64,000 nt of DNA, from contig OX597832.1 in assembly GCA_951406725.2 (NCBI GenBank), positions 44,268,001 to 44,332,000 of the forward strand, read 5' to 3'. A program made the position numbers and the translations under genes. Positions 1 through 12,690 of this stretch are shown here, in pieces; within the stretch, counting starts at the first letter, position 1; the number at the start of each line of letters is the position of its first letter. The notes beneath the pieces are model-generated. The model had not been told where the DNA came from. It did no database searches and worked only from the letters and a program-made list of their open reading frames with translations. The stretch comes from Octopus vulgaris. Its lineage: Eukaryota.

Positions 1-1038
1 ATGCTAAAGGGTTAAGGTAATCCCAGCATAGTCGCAAATGGAAAAAAGAAACAAGGCTATTTATGTACCTTTTATACTATAAGGTTCCATAATAATATAT
101 GCATTGAAAGAAAATTTTGTAAATTTTGCCCAAATAGGAGAAAAGCAAGTAATTCTTTTTATCCACAATTTAAGGATTAACAATAACTTGCAGCCATTTT
201 TTATATTTTTCTGTATTTGAAGATTAAGTCATGTTATAATTTCATTCCATTCTCATTTCATTATTGAGCCTTGGATGGTATTGCATTATCCAGATTGTGA
301 TCTAAATGGTGTCATTCTGACAATACCCTTTTCTAGGTGCAGGTACGAATGTGCAGTTGGGCCATGGGTTCAGCTCCACTGCATGGTACCATGGGCAAGT
401 GTCTTCTACGATATACTCACATACAATCTGGCTTTGTGGTTAAGAAGCTTCTGCCCCAACCATGTGGTCTTGGCTTCAGTCCCACTGCACAGCACCATAG
501 GTGTCTCATACAACATCCCAGGCCAATCAAAACCTTGTGAATAGATTTGGTAGATGGAAACTGAAAGAAGCTGACTATCTCCTTGCTTTGAGATTGTGAG
601 ACAGATGTAAACAGTATTCTTCATTTTCCATTTGTCTGTAAAAACACATCTGGGTCATGGGGAAACATTACCTTGCTTGGAAACAGGAAGGGCATCCAGC
701 TTTAGGAAATCTGCCTCAACATGCTCTGTCCAATCCATGCAAACATGAAGAAATGGATGTTTAAGCCATGATAAATTTTCGCGACACTGCTCTGAAATAT
801 GTGATGTAGTTGGGCCATCAAAATTATAAGAATTTATTCAAAATGTGGATTTACTTCGTCAACATTTTCACTTGTTTGAATTGAGTCATTTTGCCTTCAA
901 GGTAAAAATAAAAAAAAGAGAAACTTATTGAAGGATTGTGAAAAATGAAATGGCTTCAAAAAAAAAAAAGTTACCTCTATGTTGAGAAAACGTGGAAAGA
1001 AATAACTTCTTAAATTTCTCTTCACTTGAAAAAATGGT

Positions 1039-1429
1039 TTAACCCTTTAGTGTTCACATTATTCTGCCAAAATTAATCCTTTTTTATCCACATTGCTTTG
1101 AACTAATCATGCATTATCTTGTAGCTATGAGATTATGATGATGATCATCATCATCATCGTCGTTTAACGTCCGTTCTCCATGCTAGCATGGGTTGGACAG
1201 TTCGACCGGGGTTCTGGGAAGCCAGAAGGCTGCACCAGGCTCCAGTCTAATCTGGCAATGTTTCTACAGCTGGATGCCCTTCCTAACGCCAATGCCCTTC
1301 CTAACGCCAATGATGTAGCTGTTAATTTTTAAAACGATATTGTAGGGTTAGTGTGAGAGACCAGATCTGGCCAGTTTGAACATTAAACAGGCAGAATACT
1401 TCTGGCCGGTTTAAATGCTAAAGGGTTAA
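1039..1429. mobile_element. piggyBac-like MITE (TTAA-flanked) interrupted by a SINE-C copy at about 1143-1310
   Basis: The ends read TTAA-CCCTTTAG (1039-1050) and CTAAAGGG-TTAA (1418-1429), i.e. terminal inverted repeats with a TTAA target duplication. The same right end occurs at 1-15 and about 48806-48822. Confidence 0.7.
1143..1310 (-). mobile_element. SINE-C / RTE-type 3' end with (TGA)n tail
   Basis: The minus strand ends ...CATGGAGAACGGACGTTAAACGACGATGATGATG. Related copies lie at about 1715-1870(+), 14445-14580(+), 20473-20640(-), 37380-37740(-), 42871-43023(-) and 47570-47730(+). Confidence 0.75.
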
Positions 1430-2086
1430 TGATGCTGGATTCATAACTCTTGCTGAGCAGAAAGAAACTGGCTTATTGGTGAAATTCTGTCAAAATCGTT
1501 TGAAATCTATTTTGCTGCAGCAGACACGAAGATTCCAGAAAATGGATCATAAATCCATAAGCATGGCTGTATGGGTAAGAAGCTCAGTTTGCAATCATAC
1601 ATACTCAGGTTCAGTCCCACTGCACGCCACAATGGGCGTTTTCTACTACAGCCCAAAGTCAACCAACGCCTTAACAGTGAATTTGGTAGACTGCCAATAA
1701 CATGTAAAAGGCACCGAGAACACTCTGTAGAGTGGTTGGCATTAGGAAGAGCAGCAGCCAGCCATAGAAACCAAGCCAAAACTGATTGGAAGCTTGGTGC
1801 AGCTCTATCTTACCAGCTCCAGTCAAACCGTCTATCCCATGCCAGCATGGAAAAATGGAGGTACGACGATGGAAACTGTGAGGAAGCCCATCATATATCG
1901 CACGTGTGCGTTTGTTCCTCACCCACGTCCACTTGGCAGCTGGTATTTGTTTACATCTGGCTGAGCAAAAGGAAATTGAAAGGAACCTATTGTGCATGTG
2001 TCTCTTATCACAAATGAGTATTACTCTCATACCTGGTGTCATTAATTTCCAATATTCTGTGAAAATAGGTCTAGCCATAGAAAAAT

Positions 2087-2702
2087 ATTCTTTTCTACTC
2101 TAGGTACGAGGCCTGAAATTTTGGGGGGAGGGAGTCAGTCGATTAGATCGACACCAGTATACAACTGGTACTTAATTTATCGATCCCGAAAGGATGAAAT
2201 GCAGAGTCGACCTCGGCGGAATTTGAACTCAGAATGTAAAGACAGATGAAATACCACTAAGTATTTCGCCCAATGTGCTAACGTTTCTTATTTCTTTACT
2301 GCCCAGAAGGGGCTAAACACAGAGGGGACAAACAAGAACAAAGGGATTAAGTCGATTACATCGATCCCAGTCCGTAACTGGTACTTATTTTATCGACCCC
2401 GAAAGGATGAAAGCCAAGTCGACCTCGGCGGAATTTGAACTCAGAACGTAACAGCAGATGAAATACCTATTTCTTTACTGCCCACAAGGAGCTAAACACA
2501 GAGGGAACAAACAAGGACAGATAAAAGGATTAAGTTGATTATATCGACCCCAGTGCGTAACTGGTACTTAATTTATCGATCCCGAAAGGATGAAAGGCCA
2601 AGTCGACCTCGGCGGAATTTGAACTCAGAACGTAACGGCAGACGAAATACCGCTAAGCATTTCGTCCGGCGTGCTTAAACGATTCTGTCAGCTCGCCGCC
2701 TT
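2087..2702 (-). mobile_element. Chain of nested SINE-B copies (tRNA-derived)
   Basis: The core ...ATCGACCCCGAAAGGATGAAAGGCAAAGTCGACCTCGGCGGAATTTGAACTCAG occurs three times, with the head at 2640-2702. The chain is flanked by the direct repeat TAGCCATAGA(A/G)AAATATT. Confidence 0.85.
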
Positions 2703-5234
2703 AGCCATAGAGAAATATTACCTTGCCCGAGAACAGGTGTGGATTGGTGGTAGGACGGGCATGCAGCCGTAGAAAAATCTACCAAGATAAAAACTCCGTC
2801 TGAACCATGTAAGACAGGAATACTGTACGCTAGAACGATGACTACTATATGTGGTTCACTATAAGAAAAAATGTTTTAGAAAATTTACTTTTTTTTTCAT
2901 CAAATGTAAGATTACTTTGGTAAGGGGATACGAAAATCAATCAACCGTTTCCAAGAGGTGAAGGTTTAGAAAATGTTGGGAACTACTGGTGTGGTGGCCG
3001 GTTTGTTGGTATAAAAGTTTACATCCCAAAGTTGTGACATCGCGTTAGCATTCTCGCTAAAGTATAAAATGTAATGTCTATTCGAAGCATAGCAAAGTGA
3101 CAATTTTTTAGTACACTGCTCAATCACTTCCTCACAAATGTTTTCCATTCGAGCGGTGACCAAGTACTAATATATATATATGGCGATGTTCCAATCAAAA
3201 CAGACCGTATAACTTTTGTTTTTGGAGGGTTTTTTCCCGACATGTCTTACTTAGAAGCTTAAAGATTTCGATTTTTCAAAAGCAATTTTAATTTCAATTT
3301 TTTCCCCTAAATCTACGATTAGAAAACAAGACAAAAAATTGCGATTCTATTTGTCTTTTTTTTTTCTTTCCCGTTTTTAAATAATTTTCGAAATCCAAAA
3401 TGAAAAAGTTGGCATAATCTCGCGAATGCCTAGAATTATGCTCATCACCTTCGATGTCTATAAATATACTTTGTATTTATTTATTACAACTAAAAAAAAA
3501 AAACCCAGCATTTCAAATTTTAATAAAGTTGGACGCTACTAAAGCTGCCATTATAGGATATACTTTCATTATTTTTGCTGGAATATTCTGCATTATTCGT
3601 AATGGTATCACCAGAAGCAATGACGTTATCTTCGGTAATGAACATTCAATCTTTGTAAAATCTACATCCTTAAAGTTTTCTTAACACTGCATTGGCATTC
3701 TCATTACAAAATTTCTCCCATTCTACGAATGAACCAGGTTCATTCGTAGCAAAACATTTGATTTCTTCTTCAGTCTAAACACAACTACAGGTTTATGCTC
3801 ACCGATATATATATATAATTTTAATTATTTTGCAGCAAAGAAAAGTATTCCTACATCCATCAAATGGATACAAGTTACGGTTTATCCATCAAAAAGTTAA
3901 CGCGCGACTTAACTTGTATTAAAACAATTCATACCGTTTTTAAAAACACCCGACCATGCACTGAAGTTTTAACAAAAACTTTAACATTTATATCGGTTTA
4001 AGATTGCTAAGTAATAATTTGCCGTAGAAATTCCTTAAAGGATGTACAATTGCTCGGATATACTAGAATTTTCCGTGCAATATAAACAGAAAAATAAATA
4101 TCAATAACATACGAGGATGCGCTTTATATATAATTTGCGTTAAGTATTAATGAAGTTTAAAGTGATGGAAATTGTGTATTATTTAAATAGAAACTAAATG
4201 AAGCATACAAGTCGATTACTGTTGAAAACATTTCGACGGGCGATATTAAAAGTACATTACCGGGGATGTTATTTTACAAGAGAATTTCATAAATAATTGT
4301 GTAACAGTTGCTCCATATGTCTGAATAAACCAGAAGTATATTTATAATTCCAAAAACCGTCCTTAAAGTCAACACACTCAACTGTCGTCATTTAAAGAGG
4401 TGTTCATAAGAACTCAGAGTCCATCCACATCGGTGATGGCTGGGGTCACAATGACGACGACGACCACGACTCGAGCAGTTTCCTGTTATCATAACAAAAA
4501 CGATATCGAACTTGATCGATGACTATAAAGACAAATAGATAGAAATGTGGTTAACAAATCAACATCGAACAGTAAAAAACGAAGCGAAACAATTTTTGCA
4601 AACAGAGTAAATAATTATCACTTACTGCAATTGAATAACAATAATAATAATAATAATTAAATTAGCAGTGTCGTTTTTTATCTTATCAATTTTATCTGTG
4701 TAGAAAATTACATTAAATTACAAAAAAAATCGGAAAAGAAAAAGCATTAAAATATATATATATATATATATATAACTTCAAAGGATATCTCGAATTTGTT
4801 TACAAATGCAGACTTTCCCGGAAAAAAAAAAGTATGCTAGAGAAGAAGAAAGCTAAACCTGAAGAAAATTAATATTTATTGGAGGTTAATTAGGATATGC
4901 AAAGGGAAAAAAAAAGTATATCAATAATATATATCAAGGCGATATTTGCGTAAACAAAAAAATAATAGCTAAAATATATGCGACAGATAAAAGAAAACGA
5001 AGATAGAACAACAGATTGTAAGCTCGACATGGGAGGGGGGGATCGAGTTTTGGAGGTAAGCTTCTATGCATTTTACTATATAATATAAGATATATCTTCG
5101 CTGCTCTCTCAAATGGATGCAGATCCAGTTTGGTATACATAAAAAGACAAGGAAAACGTTAATGGAAAGGAACGATAGCAAAAAATTAACCACAATATAA
5201 GCGAATGATAGGAATATTTTAAACGTAGGAGGTG

Positions 5235-5266
<32 letters not shown>

Positions 5267-5289
5267 TAAGGAGTTATTGCAGGATTGAG

Positions 5290-5570
5290 TGAGAACTTCC
5301 GTCGGGGCACCAATAAATACGTGTCGTGCGCCCGATGCCAGCGCAAAATTCCATTTCAGATATCTAGATAAACGACTGCGAGATCGTTTCGGAGCCGTCC
5401 CCGCGGCTCGGGACACTTCCGACAAGAAAATAAGGTGAAACAATGTAAAGCTAAAGTCATTTACTCACTAGTTCTCCGCCATCTTTCGAGAGAGCGCGTT
5501 TCATGTTGCAGTCTGGGAAATCTTTTTCCTCTTGGCGGCGAGAGCCACGTGGAGCATCACATGACCTAGC
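5290..5570 (-). promoter_or_regulatory. CpG-rich promoter region of a minus-strand gene
   Basis: There is local CpG enrichment. Motifs: YY1-type AAGATGGCGG over the ATG (minus, 5476-5485), ZNF143/STAF-like TTTCCCAGACTGCA (minus, 5507-5520), E-box CACGTG (5546-5551), M-box-like GTCATGTGA (minus, 5557-5565) and ETS-like ACTTCCG twice (about 5296 and 5415). Confidence 0.65.
5469..5482 (-). CDS. Candidate first coding exon (M-A-E-N + 2 nt) of an unidentified gene continuing leftwards
   Basis: The minus strand reads AAG-ATG-GCG-GAG-AAC-TA|GTGAGT, a strong Kozak context (A at -3, G at +4) followed directly by a consensus GTGAGT donor. I found no matching second exon in 1-5460. Confidence 0.5.
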
Positions 5571-5875
5571 AAGCACCTTGTATTAAAATATTTGCATTTC
5601 ACATTAGCGCTAAACCACTTCGTTTATATTGTTATGTTATGAGATCTGTTTTAATATCTCTACCCCGTGTTTTTTATTTATTAATTTCGCTATGGAAACT
5701 CATGTTGGTGGTGACATATTTAATGAAATATAATTAATAATAATAATAATTATAAACCTTAACGAGAGACAGCGAAACGCCCAAAGATGAGAAAAAATTA
5801 AAAGATTACTTATAAGTTGCTTCTTTCACAACTAATGTATGAATAATGCGTGTGTATAAATTTAATCATGCACGC

Positions 5876-5916
<41 letters not shown>

Positions 5917-5918
<2 letters not shown>

Positions 5919-5961
5919 TTTTCTGATGAAACTACAGGAGTAGTTGAAAGCGCTAATATAT
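5917..5961 (+). ncRNA. Minimal type-I hammerhead ribozyme motif
   Basis: CTGATGA (5923-5929), a 6-bp stem II AACTAC/GTAGTT with AGGA loop, GAAA (5946-5949), palindromic GCGC and a CUA triplet. Stem I is weak. Confidence 0.65.
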
Positions 5962-8025
5962 AGAAATAATATGTTGATATGTAAATAAATATATATTTTT
6001 TTACAACCATCCAGCATTCTGAACACCTTTTGTCTTTCATATATATATACACGCATACACACGCACGCCCATGTGTGTGTGTACACATACATGCGAGCCT
6101 GTCTTATTTGCATCTCTAATATAAATAAACAATATACCTTTATTTGTTACAGATAAATAAATAAGTAATATAAACCACTCGAAAAAACATCAAAGACGTT
6201 TGATGTTTTCTTCTCTCTCTCCCTCTCTAAGTTTGCACGAAAGTTGCAGCTATTTGTTATGGTACAACTTAGTTTAGCGAGTCGAAACAACTTACACACA
6301 CACACACACATTCTCTTTTCTCTCTCTCTTTCATCAGTAAAACTCCAGCCTCATCAATTGATAGTCACAGTAGTAACTGTGCTTACTACAAGCTTTACTC
6401 ATTAGTATGTACGATGTTAACGATCTTAGTGGTCAGGGAGGAAAGTCACAATACTTAGGGAAGAAAAAAAAAAACTGCCTGAATGTGATTCAAGGTTTCT
6501 TTTCCTGCTGCAACTTCTATCGACTGCGAAATAGATTTTAATAACAAACAATAAATAAAAATTTCTACTAATTATATTTGACCAAACTTAACGTGTTTAT
6601 ACATATATATGCTTTTGTTTTTAATAGACTAATATATTATATTTACAACTGTATAAAAAAAAAAACGAGGAAAACATTTCTTTCGTAAAACATTTAGCTC
6701 TAACACAAGTACGGGCCATAAAAACATCTGCGATTTTGTGTAGTCGTTATACTAACAGACAATTACAAATAAAATAATAGGTTAAAAATCGTTATTATAG
6801 TTAAACAACGTGGACAATATCCTAATCGTTTTGTTACTCGTGACTAGTTGCTGTTTGGAGTCAGATTTAAGTTTATGTATCAAGAATGGCTCGAGTCGAA
6901 TAATAACAAAATACTTATCGAAGTACTTTTTCCAGCAAGGGATATATATGTATATATTTATATATTTATATCCGTCTGAATTAATACGTATATTGATCGT
7001 AAAGTGTTTATTGCATAATGAAATGTATTTTTTAAATCAATATATGGGATACTTACATCTAGTTTATACATATATTACATTAAACTCTTCCGTGGTGCAT
7101 TTACAGTCGACTAAAGTAGTTGAAAGTCCAGCCAAATTCTTCTTACAAGTAAATAAAAAAGAGATACGCGAAGTTAACGTTTCGTAAACAATGCACGATA
7201 TATATATATATTTTAGTTGTGGCCTGTTATTATAATATACAATAAAATATATTTTACTGAACTCATGAACAAATATACAAGATGAGATATTAAACTAGCG
7301 GGCTGGTGTATGTGTTTATAAATGCGAGTGTGTGTGTATAGATGCTAGCGTTCAGTGCTATGGGTGTATAAATGGTGGTGGAGTACAGGTCCAAGCAACC
7401 ACGCCCGAATTACTTTTTTTTCCTCTTTTGTGAACTGCAGATAATTCTCTCTACCTTGCACAAAATTTATCAGAAATATAGATACTTATAAAAACCCAAA
7501 CATCAATGTAGAGTGGCGAAATTAAAGAACATTACGTTTTTATTATAATTTTATCATTCATAACAATTAAACCACCCACAACAGAAAACATTAGAAAAAT
7601 GTTTAGCATGAAATTAAAAACTAGAATTAATGCATTTTTTGTTAATTTTAGATTGAAAATAAAAAGACATTTGGGAAGTAAATATATAAATTATATTGTT
7701 TTTGGTGGATGCTTATTCAAGTAGGCGTGAGTTTTGGCACCAAATCTTAAACCAAGAAGTACAAAGAATCTTTTTACGAAGTCGAAGTGGGTTTGGTCTT
7801 TTCTGATTTTCTGTGAAGATAATTATATACTTTCGAAACTAAATGGTAATTATAAATTTGACTAAGAAATCTTAAAATGATCTCAGAAAACTTATTCGAG
7901 ATATCGAATTATGCAAAATAATTGCTGAAAAAAATTCTCCCATTTTATCTTCAATGCAATCTGGTTATCTTAAAATCTGTGGTCAAACATTGACTGGCTT
8001 CATTGACCTCACCAAAGGCTTAGAG

Positions 8026-8995
8026 CAGTTGTTCTCTCAACTGGGGTCAATATAAAGTTCAGGGGGTCCACGCAAGCAAAACAGTAACTTGTGGATCCAC
8101 AGTAGTATTTTAAGAGTCCATGAATAAGTTTTACTTTAGATGTATTTATTGCAAAAAAACATGTTCTCTCAATGGGTGAAAATAAAACAGGAATATCGAA
8201 AGAATTATCTATAAAACTAATTTTTAAACACTAAATAGCTATGGGGCCCACTAGAACAAAATATTAATCAAAGGGGTCCATAGATAAAAAAAACCCCAAA
8301 AATTTGGTTGTGAACCTCTGATCTAGGGCATTGCTTCTCGGCCGGAGTCCACATAGCCCTTGGGGCTCCGTATAAGATTTTGTTCTTAAAATTTATGTGC
8401 AATAAATTCCTTATATTTGTACAATTCATAAAATATTAAATTTGTTAAATAGGCGCAGGAGTGGCTGTGTGGTAAGTAGCTTGCTTACCAACCACATGGT
8501 TCCGGGTTCAGTCCCACTGCGTGGCACCTTGGGCAAGTGTCTTCTACTATAGACCCCCGGCCGACCAAAGCCTTGTGAGTGGATTTGGTAGACGGAAACT
8601 GAAAGAAGCCTGTCGTATGTATGTATGTATATGTGTGTGTGTGTGTGTGTATATGTTTGTGTGTCTGTGTTTGTTCCCCTAGCATTTCTTGACAACCGAT
8701 GCTGGTATGTTTACGTCCCCGTAACATAGCGGTTCGACAAAAGAGACCAATAGAATAAGTACTGGGCTTACAAAGAATAAGTCCCGGGGTCGATTTGCTC
8801 GACTAAAGGCGGTGCTCCAGCATGGCCGCAATCAAATGACTGAAACAAGTAAAAGAGTCGTTAATAATATTTCGTTATAAGTGTATAAGAGGAACTAATT
8901 TTTAAACATCGAATGACTAAAGAGATCCATGGAAGTAAAATAAAAACCAAAAGGGTCCACAGACAAAAAAAAAAGAAATGGTTGAGAATCCCTAT
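8026..8995. mobile_element. Two adjacent decayed hAT(Charlie)-like MITE copies, the second interrupted by SINE-A
   Basis: The termini resemble CAGTGGTTCTCAAC...GTTGAGAACCACTG next to CTAG. The internal segment AACTAATTTTTAAACA...GGGTCCA(T/C)AGA is repeated at about 8214-8285 and 8893-8963. Confidence 0.5.
8451..8858 (+). mobile_element. SINE-A full-length copy (dominant family)
   Basis: It has a tRNA-like head with A box TGGCTGTGTGG and B box GGTTCAGTCCC, a CCTTGGGCAAGT motif, an internal (TA)n/(TG)n microsatellite and an AAGTAAAAGAG tail. Confidence 0.9.
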
Positions 8996-9572
8996 TCTAG
9001 AGAAATCCATGAACATCACAACGACTTGAGTGTCCTTTCTCTTTCACAAGAACAAGGGTGTATAAAATAAGAAAAATTAGGAAGTGCAAAATTCCAATAT
9101 TCTATATTTATGCCGTGGCTGGTTCCCTTAACTTATTCCATTCCAGTTTTTCTCGAGGTGGGTTCCTAGAAACCTTGGGGTTACTGCAAGAAAAGCTGTC
9201 TTGATAAAAGGTTAATTTTTAAAAAAGCTGTTTTATAAAACTCATCGTTTTCAAAATTAAGTCATTATGTTTACATAATCACCCATGCACGCATGAATAA
9301 ATTCTCTCTCTCTCTCTCTCCGAAACAATTTATATTTTAGGTTATATCTTTCACTTGTTTTATCTATTATTATGGCCATGACGGGCCACAGCTTCGAATA
9401 GTTTTTAATCGAACGAATCGACCCATGTACTTAATTTTTTAAAGCATTTTTAAAGTCCCTAAGTTACGGGGACGTAACTAACCCAGCACCAGTTCCCAAG
9501 CGGTGGTGGGACACACACACACCCATACCCACATACACACATACATACATACTCACACACACACATACATAC

Positions 9573-9637
<65 letters not shown>

Positions 9638-9714
9638 TATATACATATATATATATACATACACACACACACATATATATATATACATATATATATACAT
9701 ATATATATATACAT

Positions 9715-9749
<35 letters not shown>

Positions 9750-10333
9750 AGTTGGTAGATATATACAACAAGCTTCTTTGAGTTTTCGTCTACCAAATCC
9801 ACCAAACAAGGCCTTGGTCCGCCTGAAGCTGTGGCAGAAGACACTAGCTTAAAGGTGCCACGCTGTGGGACTGAGCCCTGAACCATATGGTTGGCAAGCA
9901 AACCTCTTACCGCACATTCAAACCCGTAACCTTGGTGAGAGGTGTCCGTGTAAACTATACGGGAGGTTGCGCGATTTTTGTGGCAATTCGTTTCGTAGAT
10001 TACGCGCCAAAATAAGTTCGGGAACAGTTTGTTCCAACAAACTATTATTGTACTACCAAGAGTCTATTATTGATCGAAAATATGATCACCACTGCAAACC
10101 AATTGTACAAGATAATGGATGGGTTACACTTGATCGTAATTTGAAAGCTATTTTTTAAACGAATGTTTAAGTGCAGGCGTGGCTATGTGGTCAGAAGCTT
10201 TCTTCCCAACCACGTGGTTCCGGGTTCACTCCCATTGCGTGGCATCTTGGGTATGTGTCTTCTATCATATGCCTCCGGCCGACTAAAGCCTTCCGAGTGC
10301 ATTTGGTAAACGGAAACTGAAAGATGCCCGTCG

Positions 10334-10370
<37 letters not shown>

Positions 10371-10371
10371 C

Positions 10372-10561
10372 GGGAAGGTTTACGAAAATAAACAAAAGAC
10401 GAAGGCAGGTGGAGTACAAACACACAAATGTATTAGTATGGCGCTCAGGAATAGAAAAAGTCTTTTACATTTCGAGCCTACGCTCTTCGACAGAAAGATA
10501 CACAGAAAAAAAACAAGGAGAGAAAAAAAATGCGTGTAGGAGCTAACGATCTATCATGGCG
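10372..10561 (-). mobile_element. ORF-less Penelope-like terminal fragment in (TA)n carrying a variant hammerhead (10461-10498)
   Basis: It is near-identical to 40810-40997 and 58623-58782 and has (TA)n on both sides. The minus strand reads TCTTT-CTGTCGA-A-GAGC-GTAG-GCTC-GAAA-T-GTA-AAAGA. Confidence 0.65.
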
Positions 10562-10579
10562 TATATATATATATATATT

Positions 10580-10895
10580 TTTTCTTTCACTTGTTTCAGT
10601 CATTTGACTGCGGCCATGCTGGAGCACCACCTTTAGTCGAGCAAATCGACCCCCAGGACTTATTCTTTGTAAGCCTAGTACTTATTCTATTCTATCGGTC
10701 TCTTTTGCCGAACCGCTAAGTGACGGGGACGTAAACACACCAGCATCGGTTGTCAAGCATATTGGTGGGGACAAACAGACACACAAACATATACACACGC
10801 ATACATATACATACATATATACGACGGGCTTCTTCCAGTTTCCGTCTACTAAATCCACTCACAAGGCTTTGGCCGACCCGAAGCTATAGTAGAAG
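10580..10895 (-). mobile_element. SINE-A, 5'-truncated
   Basis: Reverse complement of the body and tail of 8451-8858. Confidence 0.85.
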
Positions 10896-11175
10896 ATGAC
10901 GAAAACAATTTCATGAAATTTTTTTAACCAGTTGTTGAATTTCTGCAACCAGCTTGCTGACATCTCCAAATATAAGCGCCGAAAGGTAGTGAATGTATTG
11001 CGCTTATTAATACTCTGCGTCAAGCTATTCTTTCGGAGAATCCATCCGTGACAATAAGCTTCATTCATCCGTCACTAATGACCGTTACTGACAAATGAGT
11101 GAAGTGAGAAAATAGCAATGAAAATCGAAACTGATTCGGCTCGAATATATTCTATTTGAAATCAATTTATTTTTT

Positions 11176-11574
11176 ACTAGCAGTATAGCCCGGCGTTGCT
11201 CGTATTTGTAAGGGAAATAACTATATAAGCATTTTTAGAGATGTAAAGTATAATAGCCATCTCAATATGGCTAACCACAAAGGGGGGTGTTACTGTAGCT
11301 TTTTACGTTCTGAGATTTAATAATACATCTTTTAGAGAGTTACTTCACTTATAAAATAGCAAAAAAATGCATTAAAAATGGGAAAAAATTATGGTAATTT
11401 TTTTTTTAAATCGTAGACTCATCGTAGACGCGCGCTAATACCCAGAAGGGCTCGATATGAATCACGACTATAAGATACCCGCTTTTGGTTACACTGCACC
11501 GCAAAATGTGGGAGCAGTTAGGAATCTAAATCGTAGGAGACAGACACACAACCTTCACTTTTATATATAAAGAT
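11176..11574 (+). mobile_element. Non-autonomous Helitron/Helentron-like element
   Basis: It starts ACTAG followed by the GC hairpin GCCCGGCGTTGCTCG and ends TTTTATATATAAAGAT in a T-rich site. A second copy lies inverted at 21954-22362. Confidence 0.65.
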
Positions 11575-12109
11575 TAGACAGTGGTAGCAATTTACGTTAG
11601 AGCATAGGATTAAATTGTTTACGACATACTGTTTCGTCTCTCTGAGTTTGTATCTCAACGAAGTAAAATTTTGCTCTTTATCGATTCTGATGTCAATAAA
11701 ACAAAAGCAGAACATTAAATTGGCGTCGGATAAATCACTGACTTATACCACTAATTCCTTTATGTATCCCTAACTACGGCTTCCGCTGCAAGGTCCAGTC
11801 CTTGTTGCAATGCTGTGACTCGATGGCTTGCGTAGCTCAATGATTCTGTAAGTTATGTCAGCGGAGCGCAAGCTCTTCGTGAAACGTCCCATGCTGGACA
11901 AGTCAAAGGACAGAGACTAGACAACTATGGACCACCTCTTCCCAGAGGTAAAAAAAAAAAAAGAGGTTTGCGTGGGGCCAACACTTCTGCCTAGAAAAAA
12001 GAAAAAGAAGCAAAGTTACAGAAGCATCGATGGAGCTTTTCGGTTTGAACGGCAGTTTTTTCTAACGGTGTCAACTTTCCATAAGTTTCAGACATGGCTA
12101 GCAATTTCA

Positions 12110-12690
12110 AGGGAGGGGGTAAGTCGATTGCATCGACCTCGTTGCTCAACTGGCACTTATTTTATCGACCCCGAAAGAATGAAAGGCAAAGTCGACCTCG
12201 ACGGAATTTGAACTCAGATTAAAGACGAGGAAAATGCAGTCAAGCATGTTGCCCAGCGTTGTAACGTTTCTTATTTCTCTACTGCCCACAAGGAGCTAAA
12301 CATAGAGGGGACAAACAAGGAAAGACAAATGGATTAAGTCGATTACATCGACCCCAGTGCGTAACTGGTACTTTATTTAATCGACACCGAAAGGATGAAA
12401 GGCAAAGTCGACCTCGGCGGAATTTGAACTCAGAACGTAAAGACAAACGAAATACCTATTATTTTTATTACCCACAAGGGGCTAAACACAGAGAGGACAA
12501 ACAAGAACAGACAAGGTATTAAGTCGATTACATCGACCCCAGTGCGTAACTGGTATTATATTTAATCGACCTCGAAAGAATGAAAGGCAAAGTCGACCTC
12601 GGCGGAATTTGAACTCAGGACATAGCGGCAGACGAAATACCGCTAAGCATTTCGCCCGGCGTGCTAACGTTTCTGCCAGCTCGGCGCCCT
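12110..12690 (-). mobile_element. Chain of nested SINE-B copies
   Basis: Three SINE-B cores with the same architecture as 2087-2702. Confidence 0.85.

Noticed and set aside
2966-3163. 65-aa minus-strand ORF as exon 2 of the gene starting at 5482
   Set aside because: The nearest AG acceptor gives a frame with an early stop when joined to the phase-2 first exon, and there is no recognisable homology.
8426-8727. Recurrent ORFs such as YDRLLSVSVYQIHSQG...GLNPEPCGW
   Set aside because: They are antisense translations of SINE-A, seen at every copy.
11780-11995. RTE-like 5' UTR remnant possibly holding an HDV-like ribozyme
   Set aside because: It is too decayed, and I could not build the nested double pseudoknot by eye.
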